A DNA stretch of 45,278 bases, taken from contig JAVKOQ020000002.1 in assembly GCA_031835245.2 (NCBI GenBank), positions 620,001 through 665,278 on the forward strand, in the 5' to 3' direction. The stretch is from Balamuthia mandrillaris (Eukaryota). The stretch's first letter is position 1. Each line of letters opens with the position of its first letter. The position numbers were made by a program, and so were the translations under genes. This document shows positions 36,959 to 45,278 of the stretch, one piece after another. Below the pieces are notes generated by a model. The model worked only from the letters and a program-made list of their open reading frames with translations, did not search any database and was not told the origin of the DNA.

Positions 36959-39140
36959 CACCTGCCTGAGTTACGGCGTTGTGAACGAGTTGTGGCTCCT
37001 TTTCTGCTGCTACTGCTAGATGAGGCAGCCACGGCAGCAGCAGCTCTTTGCAAAGATGACTTGGCAGCAGCAGTAGCAATAGCCTTTTGAGCAGCAGCTG
37101 CAGCCTTGCGCGTAGATTTGCTGCTAGGGCTCTTAGTAGCACTTGTGTTTTCCTCTTCTTTCTGTTTTTCTGCTTCTTTTTCGCCAGCTTCTGCTTCTGC
37201 TGCTTTTGGTTCTTCTTTTTCTTTTTCTTCTTCTTTTTCTTTTTCTTTTTCTTCTTCTTCTTCTTCTTCTTCTTCTTCTTCTTCTTGTTCTTCTTCCTCC
37301 TCTTCCTCTTCTTCATTTTGTGCTGCTGCTGCTGCTGCTTGTTTCTCTGGGCCATTAGCAGGTTTTTTTGATACTAGAACAACAACAACAACAACAAAAA
37401 TCAGTAAGGCTTGAATGAGAAATCACAAAGGCATAACAGTGCAAACAAACTCCAAAAAGATAGCGCTCCGCTGGAGCGCTAAACAATCAACACCAAAAAG
37501 ACAACCAACAAGAAATACAAATAATAATAAGAACAAAACTGGAGTTAAAAAGCTGCTGCTCCGACGGAGCGCCACTGTATAAGCATAGAATTGCAACTGA
37601 AAAGCCCAAAAAAAAAACACCACGAGGAAGAGGACAAACAAACAAACAAACAAACAAACAAACAAACAAACAAACAAACAGAAAACGAGTAAACCAACAA
37701 AAGAGAGACAAAACACAAAGCTAGTAGAAAAACTGACGGACAGATGGACAGACAGACGGACAGATAGAGAACCAAACTCGAATGGACAAATGAAATAAAA
37801 ATACATACATTCCAACACGTCTATCAGTATGGAATCATCAATATCTTTATCCACCATCGCAGCTGTTGAAGGAGCTGTCTGGTTGGGAATATCTGACTTT
37901 GTTTTGCTATCTCCAGCACCATCACGTGTATCTGCATGCATGCATGTATACATGCATGCCAGCAAGTGTGGTTAGTGCATATGTGAGTTGTTGTAAGTAA
38001 CACCAAACGTGAGCGCCTCTTACCTGCTACATTAGTGATATCAAGGCTCATGAGACTGGCAATCTCATCATCATCATCATCTGAGGAGCTGCTGCTGCTG
38101 CTGCTGTTACTGCTGATGCTAGGAGCAGTAGACTTGGTGGAAGTTGCAAGCTTCTCTGTCTTCTTGGGTTCTTCCTCCTCCTCCTCCTCCTTCTCTTCCT
38201 CCTCTTCCTCCTCTTCCTCTGACTTGCCTGACTCCACTGACTTATCTGATGCCTCTGACTCAGATGAGGCCTCAAACTCCTCCGACTTATCTGATGCCTC
38301 TGATGCGGATGAGGCTTCGGACTCCTCTGACTCGGTGGCAGTCTTCTTTTGTTTCTTTTTCTGCTGTTGTTTCTGCTTCTCCTTCTCCTGTTCCTTCTCC
38401 TTCTCCTTCTCTTTCTTTTTCTGTTGTTGCTTTTGCTTCTGCTTCTGCTTCTGCTTCTCCTTCTCCTTCTCTTTCTCCTTCTTCTTCTTTTTCTGCTGTT
38501 GCTTCTGCTTCTGCTTCTGCTTCTCCTTGTCCTTCTGTTTCTGCTTCTGTTGTTGCTTTTTTTTCTTTTTTTCCAACAACAGTTGATCATCATCCGCTTT
38601 CCGTGGCTTCTTGCTTGTCACAGGAGAGGAAGAGGCAGAAGAGGACATAGCTCTTGGGCGCTTTGTTGAGCTTGGTTGTTGCTGCGCTGTTTCTGCTGTT
38701 GCTGCTAGGTCCATTGTGTCTACGAACACACCAGCTGAGGTAGCATTTCCACTACCACTTCCACCACCACCACCACCACCACCACCACCACCCAGGATAC
38801 TGCCATCATCGAGATTAAACTCCGCATCATCCAAACTACTCTGGTCTACAGCAGCAAAAGAGCGAAGGTCAGGCCCAAAAAACTCTGTCAAGTCTATACA
38901 GGGGCTGGCATCGACAGAGATGTCTTGCTGCAGCTCACTGCTCTTCTGAGCCAGCTTGTCCATGGCTTTTTGGTGCCTAACAGAATGGCGTTTGGCACGA
39001 TGCTTCTCCCTCTTCATTTCTGTATTGCCGACTTGGGTAGAGGTGGTATGGATAGGCTGCCATGTTTTGTTATCCAATTGATCCACATATTGTAAATCCC
39101 TGGAGAATGACAGAAAGAGAAAGAGAAAGAGAGAGAGAGA

Positions 39141-39184
<44 letters not shown>

Positions 39185-39478
39185 AAGAGAGAGAAATAAA
39201 GAGAGAGAAAGAAAGAGAAAAAGAGAGAGAAAGAAAGACAAAAAGTTAAAAAGCGAGTAAATGGGAGGAGGTTGGTAGAGAGTGGTGAATTGTTCCTTTC
39301 CTATGAAACAAACAAACAAACAAATAAACAAACAACTTACCAATCAGCCGCGAGTGGTGATATAGCATCCAGCTCAGGCAAGTCCTTTACATGCACAATA
39401 GCAGCTGCATTGTATAACTGGTCTGTAGGCACTTTAGTGGTAGCAGAGCTGCTGCTAGCTTTACTCTTGTTCTTGCTT

Positions 39479-39512
<34 letters not shown>

Positions 39513-42500
39513 TGCTTTTGCTTTTGCTTCGCCGTCGCTCAGGTTTGCTGGATTTTTCCAGTGTGATGTGCGGCCACACTCGCTCCAGCTGAGAACGAAC
39601 CGGATGACGAATGCGTGTCTTCCAGAGCTTTCTATCCAAAGGATCCAACTCCAGCGGAGTATTATGTTGTTGCGCTTCCTTCACCAAGCAGCGACGAACA
39701 GCAAGCATCAACCGCTTGACATCCTCCAAAGGTCCAGAAAGGTTGATGCTGGTAGAAATGCGCATGCCTTTCAAGGATTTCAGACTGGCGAAGTTCAACG
39801 CGTTCTCTGCCAAGGCTTCTTGCACCGTAAAGGGAGGACAATAATGGATTAGCTTCATACGGTATTGGAACAACTTTTCCTTGGCGGAATGCTGTTTCTC
39901 TACCATCGCTTCCGTTCGGGCTGCTTGCTCTAATTGCTGGCCGTCCAATGGGGGATATAAGAAGGCTTCTGGATCTTCCTCCATCACTGCCGCTTCTTCT
40001 TCTTGTTGTTGTTGCTCTTCACCTTCTTCCTCTTCTTCTTCCTCCTCCTCTTCCCCTCCTGCTAATATCGCCTTTTGTTGCACTTTGGTTCGATGGCTGC
40101 TCGTTGTTGGCTTTGAGGGGGTAGCTGACATTAGAGCATCTGCCAAAGATGACTCGTTCAACCATTCTTGGCGCAGCGGTGGCAAACGGGTATTCTCCTC
40201 GTGTGTTGCGCTATCACTATGAGCAAGCAAGCAAGCAAGGAGGCGAGCGAGTGAGTAAACAGGCAAAGGGAATATAGAGAGGTGGCAAGGATAACATGTC
40301 TTGCATTGCAAGCAAGCAAGCAACCAAGCGAAAGAGGAGCAACATACTGGATAGTTTTGGCCCGTAATAACATGAAAAGTTTCTGCAGGCCGAGAGGGAG
40401 TTGTCTATATACTAACAACAGTTCTTCCCGGGTGAAGGAACCCTGAAAAACGCGTCCTTTGCGGTTGCGCCGTTCATCCGAGGAGGGCATCTCCTTCAGA
40501 ATGCTATACACTGCAGCGTTAATGAGGTTACGGATCCAACTTCCAGTTGGTGTCTCATAAAACCTGCTGCTGCTGCTGCTGCTGGACTGGGAGGAAGTCG
40601 CATCCAACGGTTGTTGTTGTTGCGATGGATCCATCGGCAAGACTTCTTTGCCACGGTCAAGACCAAGAGCGGCCTGATGCAGCACGTCCCAATGACCCTT
40701 GCGAATGGATTGCGCCAGCCACTTCCACCGTGGATTTTCCAGACCGTTGACGATCCAGGGTCCTTCAACGATGCTGCCATGGCAGCGTAAGCCATTGGCC
40801 ACGATATCACCCAATTCCTGGATGATTCCCTCGTTTTGGGCCTGCAGCCACCCAAAGTAAGCGAGAGTTAGCACTTTCCTTCCACCCACCCACCCACCAA
40901 TTGAAACAATCAACCAACCAACCAACCAACCAAACAAACAAACAAACAAACAGATAATGATAAACGGACCTTGCGTCTACAAAACCTCAGAAAGGTTTTG
41001 CTTAGCTCTGTATTTACTTCAGATGGAGGGCTGACCACCATGGGAATGTAATAATAAAACACCAACTGCTTCTGGATGGCTGGAGCCAAGGGGTGCAGCA
41101 GACGAAAGTCGGTTTTCGAAATGAGACCCCGGTTCTCTGCTGCCAGTTGGGAAATAACGTCGATGGACATATGCTCCACCAGGGAGAGATCTTGTCTAAA
41201 AGCGTTGAGTGTAAAGGATTTCGCATGAGCTGCTGGCAAATCCTGTTTGGTGAGCACAAAATAGGGGAGCATCTCCCGTGGAGGTAGGCTTTTCTTTGAT
41301 TTGGCCTTATCGAAAATATGTTCTGCAGCAGCAAGCGCCACTTTCAAGGCCCTGTTGCTTTGAATCTGATCCATTGCACTGACAATGCAACAACACAACA
41401 CATACACATAGCAGTAAGTTGAGAGGTAGTTAGGTCAGATAACCAAGGGCCATATAAAAACAAACAAACAAACAAACAAACAAACAAACAAACAAACAAA
41501 CAAACAAATAAATAAAAAGAAGAACATACTCAGTTTTTGATAGTTGCACGGCATTGGCCAGTTTCAGCAACGTGTCTGCAAATGACCATTCTCGGGGCTT
41601 CACTTTGGTGTTGGGGTCTTCCACCATGGACACAAGCTGATGCACCGGCAGTGACAGTAGATGAATAATGTTGAAATATCGACCGTAGATGGGCATAAGT
41701 GGCGATAACCATGCGCCGTTCTCATCGGCGAGCTGATAACGCCGTACTACATCGCTAGCCGAACGATACACCGCGTTAAGATCGCTGTCCGACAACTTTG
41801 CTGCCACCCTTTGCTGAGGAGAAGAGGCAGCAGCAGCAGCAGCAGCAGCAGCAGCTGATGAAGAGGCAGAGGGGGGGCTAGTAGGCGAGGCAGCTACAAT
41901 AGCTGTGGTTCTCAGTGGAGTAGAAGGAGGAGTGAAGAGAATGCTGTTGATGGTCCCACCAGAAGGCATGGGGCTCTCTTGCGATGATGAAGGTAGGCCA
42001 AGTGAAGCAGCAGCAGCAGCAGCAGGGGATAGCGATGCTGAACTTGCTGCCGCTGCTGCTGCTGCATTGACTGCTGCTTGCTTTGCCTTTAGCAAGGCTT
42101 GCAGTGTGGCTAAGCGAGTGTTACCGCTCAAGACACCTATCCTGAGATGTACTCTCCATGAGTCTGGTTGGTTGGTTGGTTGGTTGGTTGGTTGGTTGGT
42201 TGGTTGGTTGGTTGGTTGGTTGGTTGGTTGGTTGGTTGGTAGGTAGAAAGAAAAACACAGAGGCTCAGTTACTCACAAGGAAACAAAAAAAATAAACCAA
42301 TAACCCCAACAGCAATAACCATAATAACAATGATGGACAAAAGGAAAAGAGAAAAGAGAGATAAAGGGTTAAAAAGAACGCATGATTGCTGGGGTTAAAT
42401 TTGCTGAGGATCTCAGCTTCGGCCTCTGGGCTACCAATAGCAGCAACTGGAAACATATGAGCCTTAAGTTACAATGCAAACCAACCAACCAACGAAATGC

Positions 42501-43399
42501 TACCAACAAACAAACAAACTAACAAACAAACAAACAAAATAAAAACCCTAAAGTGCGGTGGTGGTGCAACCAACGGGTTGGTTGAATAGAGTACCTTTGT
42601 TTAAAATGAGTTCTGCCGAAGTCTGGGTGGCAGTAAACATGAGCTGACTAAGCTTAGCACGCTCGCGGGCCAAAGCATCGCTGGGCTGGCTGCTCTCCTG
42701 GCTACTGCTCGCGATGCTGCCACTGCTGCTAGCGGGAATGCGACATCGGCTAGTAGCAGGGGGGAAAGCAGGAGAAGGAGCCAGTTGGGACAGTTGCCAG
42801 CCCCCTGCAGCTTCATTGGTGTAGACAATGAATGGCGTGATGAAGAAGGCCCCATCAAATCCTTCTTGTGAAGTAGCCCAGCCATTGGTATGGATAAGCC
42901 TCTCAGCTAGGCTGTAATTATACACGCCAGGTCGGAACCCGCGCTGTACCACGTAGGTTAAAAGTTGGGTGCTCCTTTGCGTGGGTAAAAAGTATCTGCA
43001 GAGTGAGTGTGTTCATGTAGTATTGCATTCATTCAGCAAAACAAAACAATCACACCAACAACAAGTCAGTAAAACATAACACAAAGAGAATGTAAAAAAC
43101 AAACAGTTGGTTGGTTGGTTGGTTGATTGGTTGGGTAAAAGAAGAGAAGCAATGCACTCAAAGGGAACGCCCATTAAAAATGAATCTTGTTTTGCAGCCA
43201 AAGAGGTGTTAAGCAGCGAGGGGGACAACTGTTGGAGTTGCTCCCAAGCTTCCTCAAATGAGGAAAAACCATCCTCAAAACCGGTACGAAGGATATCAAT
43301 TAACTGGGAATCATCAGTTTGCAACAACTGCATCCAGAGGGGAAGAGTATGAGTGCCAACTGGTGGCATGAAGGAGGGTGTCACTTGAATGGATTCCAT
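36959..43399 (-). CDS. Large multi-exon hypothetical protein (about 9 exons) with Ala/Ser/Glu/Lys-rich tracts and a possible viroplasmin (RNase H1 N-terminal)-like motif
   Basis: Chain of minus-strand ORFs separated by GT-AG introns holding (TTTG)n, (CCAA)n or (CT)n; donors near 41529, 40969, 40347 and 39340. The 39340-39100 splice was checked in frame ([11 protein letters not shown]). TGA at 36959-36961. Could be more than one gene. Confidence 0.6.
37461..37575. repeat. Two isolated copies of the array palindrome inside an intron
   Basis: TAGCGCTCCGCTGGAGCGCTA at 37461-37481 and GCTCCGACGGAGC at 37558-37570. Confidence 0.85.
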
Positions 43400-43444
43400 C
43401 ACAGCACGGACAGCAGAGTTTAACGGAGAATACAAAAGTATCTA

Positions 43445-43740
43445 TGGTTCAAAATGATTATTGTCCTATTGTCAGCCAGCCACGCCACAAAAACAATAAG
43501 ATGTTAATCAAATATATATCAGCAAACATGACAAAGTCATCTAGTTGAAACAAAAAACAATGAAAGAGAACAAAGCATAAGAGGAATAACAACAATAACA
43601 ACAAATACAACTACCACCACAACAAAAAGAAGAGATAACAAAGACAGACAAAGATATAAACATACAGTTCTGTTTGTGAAGCAATTCAAGTTGAAATTTG
43701 GTCACAACATAATAAAACGAACAATAATCATTTTGAACCA
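43445..43740. repeat. Perfect 20-bp inverted repeat pair enclosing 256 bp
   Basis: TGGTTCAAAATGATTATTGT at 43445-43464; its reverse complement ACAATAATCATTTTGAACCA at 43721-43740. Confidence 0.9.
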
Positions 43741-43816
43741 CAAACAGTAACTAGGGAAAAAGAACAACAGATGCATGGAAACCAGCAGAATGCAAAACAA
43801 AACCCACGAATGCTAG

Positions 43817-44750
43817 CAGCGCTCTGACGGAGCGCTACTTGCTGCGATACAAAAATAAAAAGGAGAAGAAATGAAAGAGTGATAAACAAGGAGGTGAAAG
43901 TAGCGCTCCGACGGAGCGCTAACGCGCGAGTGAATTTGACAGAGATAGGAGGGAAAAAGTCAAAATAAACAAAGTCAGAACAGCACGGAGGAATAATGGG
44001 ACAAAGAGTGAATGGTGAAAATAGGGGAGCGAAAGTAGCGCTCCAACAGAGCGCTAACCCCGCGCAGGATTGTGGGAGAGGGAGAAGAAAAAATAAAAAC
44101 AACCAAGTCCAAATGGAACAGGGTCGTGCAGGGAAAAAAGAGTGAGTGGTGTGAAATGGGGAAGCAAAAGTAGTGCTCCGATGGAGCGCTAACCCCATGA
44201 GTGATTTTGAGAAAGGGCGAAGAAAAAATAAAAACAACCAAGTCCAAATGGAACAGAATCACGAATGAACATAAGAGTGAGTGGTGCAAAATAGGGGAGT
44301 GAAAGTAGTGCTCTGACGGAGCGCTAACCCCGCGCGGTATTTTGAGAGAGGGTGAAGAAAAAATAAAAACAACCAAGTCCAAACGGAACAGGTCGTGCAG
44401 GGAAAAAAGAGTGAGTGGTGCAAAATAGGGGGGCAAAAGTAGTGCTCCAATGGAGCGCTAACCCCGCACGGTATTTTGAGAGAGGGTGAAGAAAATATAA
44501 AAACAACCATCAAATGAACAGGGTCGTGCAGGGAAAAAAGAGTGAGTAGTGGGAAATGGGGGAGCGAAAGTAGCGCTCCGACGGAGCGCTAACCCCGCGA
44601 GTGATTTTGGGAGGAAGAGAAGTGAAAATAAAAACAACCAAGTCCAAACGGAACAGGGTCGTGCAGGGAAAAAAGAGTGAGTGATGCAAAATAGGGGAGC
44701 GAAAGTAGCGCTCCGACGGAGCGCTTACCCCGCGAGTGATTTTGAGGAAG
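43817..44750. repeat. 135-bp tandem array (7 units plus 1 partial), each with the 21-bp palindrome TAGCGCTCCGACGGAGCGCTA
   Basis: Palindromes start at 43817, 43901, 44036, 44171, 44306, 44440, 44571, 44706 (spacings 84, 135, 135, 135, 134, 131, 135). Sequences between them are homologous, e.g. AAAATAAAAACAACCAAGTCCAAA and GGTCGTGCAGGGAAAAAAGAGTGAGT. Confidence 0.97.
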
Positions 44751-45278
44751 AGAAAGCCTCACCAGGAGGTGATTGTGTTAAAACAAATGCGTAGACCAAC
44801 GCATGAAAAGGCCCACAATATATATACACGCACACACCACACAAGTGAAGCCCGTATGCCATAAAACTAGAGAGAGAGTTCACAAAGAAAAAGTAGTACG
44901 TACAGAATAGATCGTGTTGCAAGGACGACCAGAGGCACAGGCAGAACAAAAACAGTAGATTTTTTTTGTTTTTTTGTGATTTGTTTTGATACGAAGGAAG
45001 AAAGGACAGGAGGGGTAGTAAAACGAAAAATCAAATACAGGGAAGGGAGTGCAAAAGGGGGATAGCGCAAGTGTTGGAGAAAGGAGCAATATCAACCACT
45101 AGCACAAAGGCAGCAGTTGAAAACAAAGTGAAACAAAAACGAAGAAAAAAAAGGGGGTAGTAGGGGGAAAGTTGCTGTGAGTGCGTGGGGTTGTGTGTGG
45201 GGGTGTCTGGCAGTAGTGTTTGCTTAGCTGATGACGAAAAAAAAAAAAAATAACGGTCAAAAAAATTAAGGTGGATAA

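Larger units (their letters stand above)
31861..45278 (-). mobile_element. Putative large tyrosine-recombinase DNA element (at least 13 kb; right end not seen)
   Basis: YR gene ends ~150 bp from an abrupt junction that truncates another gene. Co-oriented orphan gene, palindromic tandem array, intron microsatellites unlike the host's, and CpG-decay signature. Boundaries are inferred. Confidence 0.6.

Noticed and set aside
36329..36961. Splice fusing the cargo gene to the YR gene (GCAG/GTGAT donor at 36961 to acceptor 36329)
   Set aside because: It is phase-compatible only in the poly-Lys/poly-Leu frame. The more plausible Glu/Ala-rich frame ends at TGA 36959-36961 and would hit a stop after the splice. 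RNA-seq is needed to exclude it fully.
35137..38669. Plus-strand ORFs rich in poly-E/K/F/L (e.g. 35137-35937, 35615-35941, 38035-38586)
   Set aside because: Antisense shadows of trinucleotide repeats in the minus-strand genes.
32007..43399. DIRS/Ngaro retrotransposon
   Set aside because: No RT (YxDD) or RNase H catalytic ORF and no split or inverted LTR structure in the window; the genes have several spliceosomal introns.
43728..44513. Hydrophobic minus-strand ORFs over the array
   Set aside because: They result from the T-rich strand of a repeat whose unit length is a multiple of 3; the 134- and 131-bp units break the frame.
43817..44750. CRISPR-like array of regularly spaced palindromes
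   Set aside because: The ~114-bp intervals are homologous to one another rather than unique spacers, there are no cas genes, and the context is eukaryotic. It is a tandem repeat.
45150..45210. G-rich stretch (GGGGGTAGTAGGGGG) as the right end matching the left junction
   Set aside because: Similarity is low-complexity only, and the following sequence does not resume the truncated nuclease-like gene.

Overview
Eukaryotic protist DNA, inferred to be amoebozoan (Balamuthia/Acanthamoeba-like) from the short GT-AG introns filled with (CT)n, a Dictyostelium-type frizzled-like GPCR and a pandoravirus-type ankyrin gene. 1-28.6 kb is gene-dense host sequence: RBR E3 ligase, RhoGEF, diflavin reductase, ALDH7, frizzled-like GPCR, MIT-like protein, F-box/ankyrin gene with a 1-nt frameshift, LRMDA, MRG15/Eaf3, SLU7, BTB protein and F-box/TPR protein. 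From ~28.7 kb the window is a nested accessory zone. A decayed PD-(D/E)xK (Crinkler-type) gene is split by a 353-bp solo LTR (TGTTG..CAACA, CAAG target duplication) and cut off at ~31,860 by a putative element of at least 13 kb. That element encodes (i) a spliced tyrosine recombinase with all catalytic motifs, fused in frame to a telobox-like Myb domain, (ii) a large intron-rich orphan protein, and (iii) a 135-bp tandem array built on the palindrome TAGCGCTCCG-A-CGGAGCGCTA, whose variants are almost all CpG transitions. No reverse transcriptase or DDE transposase is visible and the right end is not identifiable in the window. Family calls come from motif recognition only; no database search was run.
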